Shown: in pieces, positions 1-11,233 of the stretch
Position numbering within the stretch: position 1 is the stretch's first letter
Layout: every line of letters starts with the position of its first letter
Source: Ancylonema sp.
Taxonomy: Eukaryota
Assembly: GCA_050230475.1 (NCBI GenBank)
Contig: JBFLGF010000021.1
Span: 62,001-90,804 of the forward strand
DNA length: 28,804 bases
Direction of reading: 5' to 3'
The notes under the pieces: model-generated
The model's database searches: none
Seen by the model: the letters and a program-made list of their open reading frames with translations, nothing else
What the model was told of the DNA's origin: nothing
Program-made: the position numbers and the translations under genes

Positions 1-3000
1 CGGCCAGGAGCAAATCCTCGGGCGTAGTCACCTGAAATCACCGACACTCGAGTCATCACCAAAACCCCAACTTTTTGATTTCACAAAACCCTGAGCAGCT
101 ATCAACGTTTGTGGGATACACTCTAAGCCCAAAACGCCAATAGCAGCTGAGATTATGAATAACACATGCAATACGCTACAGAAACAACTCGACGTCAAAC
201 GACATACGGCATGCGAATCCGACTTAGGATACGAATCCTACTTAGAATACAAATCCAAATTAGGACACGTATCCGAATTACGATACGAATCCGGATTAGG
301 ATATGTATCCAAATTAGGATACGAATCCGAATTACGATACGAATCCGGATTAGGACACGTATCGGAATCGTTGAGAGGTATGCAAACCTTGATGTTTGTG
401 TACGACCCTTCAGTGATCCAAACAGGGTGGTTCAAATGCTCCACGATCGAGACATCATCCGTCACATCCAGCTTTTCTCTGCTCCCCCAAACCCTCCTCG
501 AGTGACCCAATCAGATCGCCACTTGATGGGTTCACATTATTAAAAAAAATGATTTGCATCTACCACCTCCCTTCCCCCACCGATCAAATAAGGTCCCCTA
601 CCTATTAACAAGCTCGAATCCTTTCCGCAACAACTCTGGTCTCAGCACCTGGACCCCCCCCCCCATCGAGACTCAGAAGCGGGACTCTTGTCTCGACCTA
701 CGTCCACGAGAGCGCGTGAATTTTTAGAAGCATCACATACCATATCTGAGATTTCTTCAGTTTTTGGGGGAGTTTTCTGGTTTTTTTTCGGGTTTTTTTT
801 CCGGAGTTTTTTTTTGCGGGTTTTGTTCAGAAAAAAAAACTGAAACCCATAAAAAAAAAAAAAAAAAAAAAAAAACGATATTCAGGAATTCTGACATTTA
901 CAGGTGTGAAGTTGCAGAGGCACATTCCAGATGCCACGAAGAAAGGTCCCTCCATCACTAGTGCGCTTCGCACAGGCTGATGTGCGTTGTGAACCCCTCT
1001 CTTCTGATTACACACCTGCGGTGTTTGCATCTCCCACAGACTGCTCCTCTCCAAAGTCTTCTCCACAAACCCAGTCTTTCCAGCCTGTACAACCCCCCAG
1101 CCCCCAGGCCCCAGCCCCCATCCCTAAATCTTACGTGCACACACATATCCCTCTGCTCGCTTCACATCAGAGCTAGAACGCTACGGCACGGATCCTCCCT
1201 GGTCGCTGGTCGAACAAAGCTACCAGTTTGCGCCAGAAGGTACTCGCCTGTTTGATAGTCGCCTTCACACGCACCCCCAGGACTGCCGCCCCGTGTCTCA
1301 TGCCATCACTCAGCACCTGCCAGGTGGCGCACCAGCAGTGGCCGTCAGAGGTGAGTCTGTCTAGGTGGCGTGTTTGTGGGGTCCCACCTTCCTTGTGTCA
1401 GCAGCTGTGATGAGGGGGCGAGCGGAGTCGTGGATGGCGACCAATTGCGAGTGAGGGCGGATTGCCTGGGGGGCACAAGGTGGGATGGGAGGCGGTTGGG
1501 GGATTTGAATGGGGGATGGCAACAAACTTGGCACTCATGCGTGTCGCGATGAGTGCCGGGGATGATGATGATGATGATGATGATGATGGTGATGATGATG
1601 GTGATGATGATGATGATGTTGCGGGGATGGTGATGGTGATGATGATGGTGGTGGTGGATTGGGGAGTGGCAGGAGCAAAGCAAGGGAGGGATTGCCTCTG
1701 ACTTGCAGCCCGTTGAACACAGAATCTTGACGCTCTTTCCCGGGAAGAACGAATTTTAGGACCACTGCCAACTGCGCCTCTGCACCACGACACGACATCG
1801 CCCCAACTCAAAGAGATGGAACTTGGCAGCCGGTGTTTTCGTTTTGATTGAACAGTTCAATTGAATGACATGTCTCATGCTTTCATGGAGAACGAGTTGG
1901 AAGCAGAGGGTGTTGGTAGTGGGGGGAGCATCTGACCCAAAAAAAGGGGTTTGTATTGGGATTCGCACACCACCACGACTTCCGCCACCTCAGGCATGTT
2001 CGAAAACATCTCCAGGCTACCCTCCCCATGCCAAAAGAAGAAGAAAAAATGTCAAAATTCTTGCAGGCACACAGCGTCTATGTGCTCTCATCTCATCTGC
2101 ATCAGAGGCACAGGCGGAGAAGGGAAGCGTAAGAAACCTGTAGAGAGCGATTGGGAGGTCCAGCAATGGGAGGTACTGCTTTGGCATGCTTGCCTGCAGA
2201 AGGGAGGAGTGCAGGGGAGAGGGGGGAGATGTCAGCGTGAGGGGACAGAAACTGGATTCCATGTCAATGGACTCTTGAAATTACTAAGTTGTGTGTTCCT
2301 GGCCTAAAACAGAAAGGAGTTTCCAGGTCTCTATGCAACCTGACAGCTGAACGGGAGACGTGTGACGAAGCATCCGTGAACATACCCCCATGCGCTTGCC
2401 GACTCCGCCCGCCAGCAAGATCACTGACACACTGCCAGGTGGCACAGACTGAGTGGACAAGCCAAGTGGTTGCAAAGATGATGGTCAGATATGCCGCCTC
2501 GTCTCGCCTCGCCTCGCCTTTCAGAAAGAGTCACGTCATAAGTTTTTCGAGGATAACAAGGGCAGCGTAAGCACAGATCGAAAATGCCTACCTCCAGAGT
2601 GCCGACATATGGCTGCTGTCTGACTCAAACTCAAAACTTGAGATTTGAGATGTGAGAAGTTCGATAATTCAGGAGTGTGTGAAATGACGGGCCAACTCAG
2701 GACCTCTGGATCATGCATACACATAACGTTGACTTAAGAATAAGCAGACAAAAATGATTAGGTATACATCACAGTTCAAAAACTGCAAAAAAAAAAAAAA
2801 CTGCTGCATCCTGAAAGTTCTTGAATGATGTGGCCGGAATGGTAGTGCTGTGTAAAAAAAAATGTGAATGATTGAAATAACGGCCACTGACCTCATCAAT
2901 GAAAATTGATCCAGCACCTCCCACGATAGGTGCGCTCACTGTGGCCCGAGTTGTAAGACATCGTTTTTTGGCAACGAAACCGTTTAGTCTACAGCCTTTC

Positions 3001-3176
3001 TCTTGCCTGTTGTCACTCGTTGGAGAGTGCCAAGGAGTTGAAGAAGTAATCACCCTGAGAAAAGTGTCACGTTTCTGTTGGCTCTGCTTCTTCTTAGTCA
3101 CAATTGGTAGATTTGTCCCGGCTCGCTCCATCTGGAGAGCCATCGGGATAATGGGAGGACACGCTACAATTCGCAT
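1..3176 (-). CDS. ISPD: 2-C-methyl-D-erythritol 4-phosphate cytidylyltransferase (MCT/IspD), plastid-targeted, multi-exon; 3' end runs off the window
   Basis: Phase-consistent minus-strand exons: 3176/3143-2892 (transit-peptide-like; start uncertain), possible mini-exon ~2615-2592, 2448-2386 ([21 protein letters not shown]), 2193-2138 ([19 protein letters not shown]), 2016-1937 ([18 protein letters not shown]), 1779-1703 ([15 protein letters not shown]), 1465-1388 ([11 protein letters not shown]), 1316-1248 ([15 protein letters not shown]), 1084-1016 ([13 protein letters not shown]), 648-602 ([16 protein letters not shown]), 478-388 ([26 protein letters not shown]), 31-<1 ([10 protein letters not shown]). 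The IspD signature motifs appear in the expected order. Confidence 0.97.
213..369. repeat. 18-bp tandem minisatellite (~8.7 copies, consensus ACGAATCCGAATTAGGAT) in the ISPD intron 32..387
   Basis: Units start at 213, 231, 249, 267, 285, 303, 321, 339 and 357, are contiguous and have no spacers. Confidence 0.93.
1085..1247 (-). other. GC-AG intron in ISPD
   Basis: The exon ends ...ATC AAA CAG|GCGAGT and the next exon starts after gtacag|GCT GGA AAG. The phase-0 join restores [19 protein letters not shown]. Confidence 0.88.
1561..1655. repeat. (GAT)n/(GGT)n microsatellite in an ISPD intron
   Basis: gatgatgat... run interrupted by ggt, inside intron 1466..1702. Confidence 0.95.
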
Positions 3177-3260
3177 TTACTGCAAGTAAATGCAGTTGCG
3201 GTATTGTATTTAATCAAGGTATCGCACGTGAAGGACCTGCGCTTAGATTCGCCGGGGGAC

Positions 3261-3476
3261 ATTCAGAGGCAATCGGCGTTTGGCATGATTGAGCATGCGA
3301 GCGACAAACGTTTTTTAGACGACACGGCACTTAGACACTCCGAGACGCCGTATCCGATATGGCGATACGGCGAGACGGAAATACGGCGATACGGCTCGAT
3401 GCGTCATGACCCGACACGCGTATCGGCGTTCGAAACGATACGATACGATACGGCCCATGTCCCATTGTCTCTGAAT
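3261..3476. mobile_element. Possible MITE-like non-autonomous element upstream of ISPD
   Basis: 13-bp inverted repeats ATTCAGAGGCAAT (3261-3273) and ATTGTCTCTGAAT (3464-3476), 12/13 match. The CpG-rich interior has repeated CGATACGG-type motifs. No target-site duplication found. Confidence 0.35.
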
Positions 3477-4416
3477 CCTACCCCCCCCCAAAACAAATTC
3501 GGCAACTGTTTTTTTTTTTTTAGGATTAAGAAAAAAAAGACTTCGCTATGACGGATATTTACAGCCAAATGTGATAGCTTATTCGAAGTCATTACAAAAA
3601 CTTTGGAAGTGTACATCATTGAAAGGCACACCATGTTCTCGTGTGACTCCGAACATTGACTAGGTCTAAGACGGAGTAGACTAGGATTGCTACATCGTTC
3701 TAAATTTCCTAGAGAGCACTGACATGATTCTTGAATCTAGTAAATTTGAGAGCAAACCCGTCAACTTTCTTGGTTGTCGATTGCAATTACCACCAGTCAA
3801 CACCCACAAATACGCATGAGAGTCAAGTAACATTCATGTATATGGATTGCCTGACCTAATTCGTTTTGCCTTTCCACCTCTCTTGTTTTGCCCGATCACG
3901 GGATCCTAGCACCAAATATTTGTTTTGTGATTGTGTTTGCCTACACAATCATTCCACGGTGACGAATCTCATAAAGCGGCAAGCTCCCGCACGTGACTTC
4001 GACCCGCCCTCCCCTCCACAACCTCCAAATGAAGTCCCGCCCCTCTCCCTCCAACCTCCCCGCACCAAATCCCCCCTCAGATTGCATATACCGAACACCT
4101 CCCTCTCCTTTATGACTCGCCAAGATGTCACTTGTGGACAATGTTCGAATCCGTGGCTTTTCCATCGGCTCCACCTTATCCCCGACGGAAAACGACCTCT
4201 TCATTCGGGACCGTTTGGAGTCGTTCATGTCCTCTGCAGCTGAAATATGACAAGATATAATAAGAGGAAGCAGGTATGGTCAAGTGTGTGCCATGCTGCC
4301 ATCCCTAATGCCTTTCGAATTCCTCCCAAAACGTCCATTTATAACGAAAGTAAGGATGCGAGGTTCAACATCCACCCAAATTTATCACAAGCCTGCTTTC
4401 TTGCAATGAAATGGAT

Positions 4417-6827
4417 CTACAAAAATTCAAAAAAAGTGCATTTTCCATTGCCCCAGGATGTGCGATCCCCTTGAGAAGCTGCTGCCAATCCCAGCAGTGC
4501 TGTGGCTCCAACCACCAGGATGGCGCCAGCTGGCAACAGGAGGGCCCCTCCTATGCCTTCTTCAAGAACCATTCCTGATTGGCTCTTTGATGCTGAGCTG
4601 ACAGCGGAGTCAACCTCCTTTTCTCTGGCGGACAGAAATATTCAAACATACCCAGCAAGGTCATTTTTTCATGAATCAAGGAGTAACATCAGAGAGAACC
4701 CCTACTGAGCACAGTCACCTGCCTGCAAATCATACCCTCCGTTTTGAGGCAGCCTAATGTATGACGAATACGAACATGAATGGAAATAGAGTGATGAAGG
4801 AAAGGGGCCTGTGGACATTTCAGCGGATTTGGGGGATTTCTGATTGATGATCAGTCATCAGAATCTGCAAATGCCCATTCATCCCGCACCACCACTTTAC
4901 CCGCATTCTCCCACTCCAGAGGCATCAAAGTGCACCGTTTCCACCATTTTCGCTGAGAGGCGATGCCGAGAAATGAATGGACGTGGTGGGGTTGGTGGGA
5001 GGAGAGCTGATCCCGCAAGAGCCAAGAGACCTGCCATGAGTGAGCACACGCTGGTGTGAGGGGGTGATGATGTCAGCATAAAAGGTAATGACGTTGGCAT
5101 TCGCAGTGCTGATGTCATCTGGGTTATGGCTGCCAGGATGAGCGGATGACGCTGAGCTCAAAGTCAATCGTTTTCGTTTGGCCTGAAGCATCTTCATGGG
5201 TCGAAATCGATATCCACCTATGGATATACACTTTCTTGGTGGTAAAAGTAAAAGGTGGAGTGAGCTACCGGTGAGTGTGAGGAGGGCTAGCGTAAGCAGA
5301 GCCATATTGAACACCACTTCCTCCACCAGGCTTCCCTTGGGCACCAACTCCTTCTCGCTGCCGGAGGGAGAGAGGTATTGGATGGACGGCTCTGATCTGC
5401 TCTTCCGAAGACATCGACCTCCTTTGTGCCTCCCCCCCACACCCACGAGATATCCCTCCACCTGCACTCCGCCTCCAGTGGAAGAGGGAATTGAGACTCC
5501 AGGTGGGCCCCGCACACCTGTGTCTCTTCTTGCACCGCCACCTGGTTTCGTCACTGGTTTTGGACTGACATGCACATGTGGCTTGGCTTCACTGCCCGCC
5601 ATCCATGTGGTTGTGACACCTGTTTTTGCGACGGTGCCTCCACATGGGACACGGGGAGAAGATGGGGATGATGCGCCAGCTGTCAGCGTGCGACGAGGCG
5701 AGGGGGAAGTGGGGGGCGGTGCAATGGAGGGGGAGACACCTGTCTTCACACCAGTGGGTGAGAATGTGATGGATGTGCCATCTGTCTTCTTCTTATTCGC
5801 CCCTGCTGGGGAGACAGATTGGGAAGCTGCGCCACCTGTCCTTGTTTTCCTGAGCCTGATCACGATTTTGTCCCTCTGCTTTCCGTGCCCCAGCTCTCGA
5901 ATCTTTCCAAAATCTTCCGCACGACCGGCCTGTTGTGACTTGGATAGCATGCCACCTGTCAAATTCTTGTGCATTCCTGCCGGAAGTGAATTTGCTGATT
6001 TGACAGTGCCAGCTGTCTGCCTCTCATTGGGTGAATCTGGAAGCGGATTGACAGACGTGCTTCCCCCACCCCCTTCCTCATCCGGGTGCTTCCCCAACTG
6101 ATGAGCAGGTGGGGATGGGGGAGGGCTGCCACCTGTCCTTCCTGTCGCATGACATGCATTGGGACTGAGGGGGGGTCGGGGTGATGTGCTAGGAGGGCTA
6201 CCCGAATTCGCAATGTTTTTATTTCGCTTCTCTGGTTTCTCTGGTTCTTCCTTTCTGTCTACCTTGCCAACCTCCGATCTGATCATCCCAACTTCAGCCC
6301 CTCCCTTTACATATTTTCCAGATACTTCTTCGATTAAAGTTGGTCGACCTTCGATCTGTATCAGGGGAGGTCGGTGATTCGCCATACTGCCATCTGAACA
6401 GTTCCGATACCCATCCTTGTATCTAAAATTCAAACCTTCACCTGACTCACACAACTTTCCAGCGCTGTCACCAAACTGCTCGGATTGGGTGGCATTTGAT
6501 AAGAAGCTCTTGAGCGACAGACTCTTGGACTCTTTTGGTTCCGGAAAACTGTGCAAACTCGGCCAGATAAGAAGAACCTCGTCGCGTCACCTTGGTGCGC
6601 CCTTGGAATGAAATATTGTCTACTTTCCCAGATCCCGTCGGTCCCCACACGTGCCCCCCCCTGAGGCCATACGATGGAAGAGGAGGTGGCGGAATCCTGG
6701 CGGGCAGAGAAAGTGTTTTCTGCACCAGTTTGGATGCATCTCTGGCGATTGACTTTGGGTCAGGTGGGCACCACGGGAATGTAGCCTTCGTCTTTTCGGC
6801 CTTTTGAAGGGAAGTCATCTCTTCCAT
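4417..6827 (-). CDS. Hypothetical Ser/Pro/Gly-rich, largely disordered protein with hydrophobic (possible TM) segments
   Basis: 543-codon open frame at 4925..6556. It joins in phase to the ATG exon 6827-6673 through a GT-AG intron at 6672-6549. Hydrophobic stretch VVFNMALLTLALLTLTG lies near 5270-5320. A candidate last exon at ~4624-4417 reads EKEVDS...GIGGALLLPAGAILVVGATALLGLAAAS...FEFL*. No family recognised; the 3' exon structure and the start are uncertain. Confidence 0.55.
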
Positions 6828-8693
6828 GTATGAGTGTAGAATTGAGAGAAGGATTTGGATCAGCTAGGCTGAGACGAGAAACCACAAAGAGATACGGTGA
6901 CCCTGTCACATACCCTTCATATCTCGCTGTACCTGCCCTTTGATGAATTCCGAATAGACTGCGGATTAAAAATTGAAAAGTGTGTGAAATCAAAACTAGC
7001 GCGTTCACCTGTGTAAAAGGCAACCGAGAAGACAATATCTGTGAGGCAGACATTTTCAGAATGAGTGCTCCTCCTTGAATATGCCTCCTGAATGACGCAA
7101 TACCCTCACGACGAATAGACATCATCTAGCAGGCATTCCCGAGGAGATCCCCGCGACTGTTTGAAGTCGTCAGTCGCGACTGCAGGCTGGACGAGGACCG
7201 CAGATGATGGCGGTAGACTCGGCGGATGCGGAAAAAAAGTTGCGTTGCGTTGCGTTGCGAGTCGCAGACGAACCGGGCCGCGGGCGTGCCGGTGCGTGTG
7301 GGGCGGTCTGGACCCAGTCCTGACTGGAGACCGGCCTGTCAAACGCCAGTCCGGGAATTCCCGGACGGGATGCGCAGAATAAGGGACTGGTTCGGACCGG
7401 GGTTTGGCTGGGCAGGTAAGGATTACGGCTGGGCACGTGTGATATATAAGCTGCTTTCAGATATTAGATTTCACTAGTCTAGTAGAGTCATGCCGCACGG
7501 ACCGGACATGTGCGGAGCTGGATCGGGCACATGTGAGGGTTCCTCACACGAGGAACAACTATGAGTAAGATTGCACTCGGTGTAACGAATGAACGCGTCT
7601 ACCGGTATTCGACGCCTATACCGGTAGTCGGCGCGTGATTATTTTGTCGGAATGTCCTCATTGAAAGAAGTAGGGACACAACATGAATTAGTCAACCCTT
7701 TTTTTGGAATGGTGGGCTAGGCTCAGGAGGGTTGGGCTCCTTCCTTGAGTTACATCGGCCTCTCCCGCCTACCTTCCATCGCCCTATCCGCGCTCGCACT
7801 CACCACTCATTTCAAGCAGCAATAGCAGAAGTAACAAGGCTTTGTCTTCAGTATTTCACGAGTGTGGCACTCGCGCCTTGACATTTCGAATTGGAGGTCA
7901 TGGTGCCATGTACATTCTTCCCTCATCTATGCGCGCTCTTGTCATGCCGTTGAAGAGCCTTGCTTGCTTTCCTCGATGTCCAACCTAGCCGTCACGGCCC
8001 AAACTTAGGAGTTTGAGGCCCTTGTGATCGCAACAAGTGCCCCCTCGCACCAGGTTCGGCTTCAAATAATATTTTTCAGGCACATTACATACCCCCAAAC
8101 GTGAAATCACGTTAAAAATCGTACAACGACCGCCATTGCACGTAAATGCGTAATTACGGATGTGAGTTTCGGGGTCTGACCCCTAGTGACGTCATTTCGC
8201 AACCCAGAGTTCTGACCCTGGATCGCGATACAACGCGAAATTCTTCCTTAGTACGTAGGAGTCAACCGAGTTGACTGAAATTTTGTTCGTGAGGATGCGC
8301 AGCGCAGCGTGGCTACGGACCACGGCTGCCACATCAGTTTTGTGGGCCTATTCAGCAGGACCACCAACAGCGCCCTCACCCGCCATGACGTCGCTCACCT
8401 CGCCGCATGGATGTACCAAAATTGGCGACTCTGATACTAACAAAGGTCTTCATCCAAGTGGAGACCCGAGGTCATCGCTGTAATATACGCAGTGCTAGGG
8501 GGTCAGCTGAATTGTCAGCTTTATTTGTCCGGCTCGATGAGATCATCCGATCGATCTGCATAACTTTTTTTTTAAATTCAAATTATTAATCTCCTCATAA
8601 CTATTTTAGAGTAGACGCGGAGGTGTTGCTGGACTGTCAGTGGTTGTTCGAATTCAGTGACACCATTTAGATGATGTGTCGCAGACGGTGACG

Positions 8694-11233
8694 ATGCTAG
8701 TCGAGCGGATTGTAGGTTATCTTTTGAGATGGTGCGGGGATTACGTCATCGGTCTTTCCAAGGAGGCGTTCAAAATCAGCTTATGGCAAGGTGAATTCCT
8801 GGTGGGAACAGCTCTCGGTGAATATTGATTATTTACAGTCCATAATATATTGTTTTAATGAAGAAAACAGATGGAATCCGTGTATGCTAGCACGACGTCT
8901 AGGGGAGTCATGTCCAATGAAGTAATGTTGACTCTATTCAAGGGGAAGATATGATCCGTCCCTGTTTGTATATTTTAATAATATATTAGAACCGACACTC
9001 AGAATCATATATCGGTCGATTAGAATCATTACTGATGTACAACCTCCTTTACTATTGACCACCTCTTATCAATCTGCTAATATACGCAGTAGTGATAAGG
9101 TGTGAATTCTACTACACATATCGCTTTTGTATCATTGTTTTTTTTCCACAATGACCTCCAAGGACTCTTCTCCTTTGATCTTAAGCCTATACTTCCATCG
9201 AACCCATCTTATGTACAACAGAAGGGTGGTCTCCTCTGTAAATCTATTTCTGATACTGCTGTTGAAGAGGGGTCACTGGCACTGAAACTATGAGAGCATT
9301 ATCGAAGTCGTGCTATTTATGGCATCGATGAAAGAGAGGAGAGGCGTGCAGTGGCTGAAAGTGAAAGATTATTCTGCCGCTTGAAACGAATTCCAGACTG
9401 TATCGAGGTATTGTTTGGACAAACAGAGTTGAAAGTGTAAAAAAAGAAAAAAGAAGAAGAAGAGAAAATTCAAGTATTAGTACTAAGCACACTCCCTTTG
9501 CTGTAATCTTCCATCTTTCATAACCCTTTGTTGACACGTTGTCGGCATAGTGCAATCATTGATGAACCTTTCTCACATCACGGTTGGGAGGGTTCACCAC
9601 AGACCTGCCAATTTATTATAAAAAAATGTAAACCAACACCTGTAAAGTAAACGCTTTTTTTTTGGATGCACAACATCTGTCTCTCTCTTAAAGAAAACTG
9701 AAGGTAGGGGATATAGGCTATCATAGGTGTATGCATGAAACAGATTATTGATTCAGGAATATATCTACAATAGTTGTACCATAAATTTAGATTTTATATG
9801 TATAAGTTTGACTGATTTCGATACCCAGACAGTTTTAAGGGCCGTAAGAAGATTTCTTGAAGAAATTTACCATATGCTACAAGACTTCACATGTTATATC
9901 AGGCGATGACTGCATGACTGCAGTGGCTACTGACTGTTAGGGCTGTGTTAGGGGTTTTCAAATATGTTTATAACCCACCCCGTTTACTTTTGCATTTGGG
10001 TGTGGCAGGGGATGTGGAACTGAGAGATCTGCAGCTCAAACCAGAGGCTTTAAATTCTCTCAAGCTTCCTATCAAGGTCAAAGCCGGTTTCGTGGGGACC
10101 CTGAAAGCAAAGGTGAGGGTGGTGTGGGGAGAGGAAAAACATATGGTTTCAATATCGCATCTTTGATTCACCGCATGGAATTTGCGGGGGATTGATCGTG
10201 TTCGATATTTTGACAGATATGAACGGTGTTCAGAATGATCCAGATTTGGGACCGCAAATGATTCACTCTCTACTTCCACACCATATCTTTGGACTCTAAG
10301 ACTTTGTCAACAAACCCTGAATCTGTGACTTTGAACCCTAAAACCATACCCCCATACACCCAGGACCCCAGAACCCCAGAACCCCAGAACCAGATTTCCT
10401 ATGCCATAAGACGTAAGATTGTAACCTGAAGTGGTGAACTCTCGGGGTGTTAAGGTTCCCTGGAACAGGCTGGGCAAATCCCCTGTCATCATATCTGTGG
10501 ACCGACTCTTTATTATTGCTGAATCTACTAGTGGGGAGGAGGAGGAGAGGGAGGGGGAGGGGGAGGGGCTCACCAGTCTGCAGCAGCGACGAGAGCAGAA
10601 GATCAGGGTACGGCTTGGATATTGTTTCAGGGTTTTTCCCTTCCTTGGGTTTTCGAGGTCATGTTTGTTCGGCCTCTTTGTTCGGAGGATTTGGTGCCTA
10701 AAGTCGATGTCAAGGTCTTGAAATGCACAGTCGGAACGGGTGTGGGGGTGTATGAACACATCAACAGGACGCAGAGGCGCGGCTGAGTGGGGAGAAAAGC
10801 AAAGGGGACACGGCAAAGGGAGGCAAGGAGGAGGGGTGGGGCCGCGCGCTGCTTGCGGTTATCATCGGAAACCTCAAGTTCTCAGTCACACATGTGCACA
10901 TCAGATACGAGGATTCGGACAGCCACCCAGATCACCCTTTTGCCGCGGGACTGACGCTGGCAAAAATCGAAGCAGTGACTGTGGATGAGAAGGGGAAGGA
11001 GACATTCGTGACCAGTGGGGCGCTGGATAGGGTCAGAAAGGTGAAGGGCCGGGGAGGGAGGCTGTTTAGGGTTTTTGACGGGAGTCCAGGGTTTTTAGTC
11101 TGAAGGCAGTGAGGTGGTATGGGTTTATCAGGCTATGGAGCTGCAGCGGCTGGCCTTTTACTTCGACTCGGATGAGGCTGCCTGGCAGCCGGGAAGGCTG
11201 TGGAGGGAGGTGGAGTTGCAGGGCTGGAGCAAG
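8694..11233 (+). other. VPS13 Chorein_N region (exons 1-5)
   Basis: MLVERIVGYLLRWCGDYVIGLSKEAFKISLWQGDVELRDLQLK...VPWNRLGKSPVIISVDRLFI...HIRYED...PFAAGLTL...LQRLAFYFDSD. Confidence 0.93.

Noticed and set aside
213..369. CRISPR-like array
   Set aside because: The units are contiguous and degenerate with no unique spacers, sit in a eukaryotic intron, and no cas genes are present.
155..543. Plus-strand repeat ORFs (IRIRI.. and ESELRY..)
   Set aside because: They are translations of the minisatellite, antisense to ISPD.
1345..1811. Poly-His, poly-Ser and poly-Asp ORFs
   Set aside because: They arise from the intronic GAT microsatellite; only the embedded ISPD exons are coding.
3866..4474. Short ORFs between ISPD and the hypothetical gene
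   Set aside because: They show no motifs or consistent exon structure and are probably UTR or intergenic.
5196..6101. 301-aa plus-strand ORF
   Set aside because: It is nested antisense to the longer minus-strand frame and has no recognisable motif, so it is probably a shadow.
8099..8195. ACGT/TGACGTCA boxes and a GGGGTC-t-GACCCC hairpin before CTAG (promoter sites or Helitron end)
   Set aside because: The motifs are short enough to occur by chance, and the hairpin-CTAG spacing does not fit a Helitron 3' end.
9560..9701. Intronic C/D snoRNA or miRNA-like hairpin (TGATGA at 9560, G-U-rich stem 9560-9599, CTGA at 9698)
   Set aside because: The candidate C box is buried in the stem, there is no terminal stem or recognisable guide, and the hairpin is too short for a miRNA precursor.
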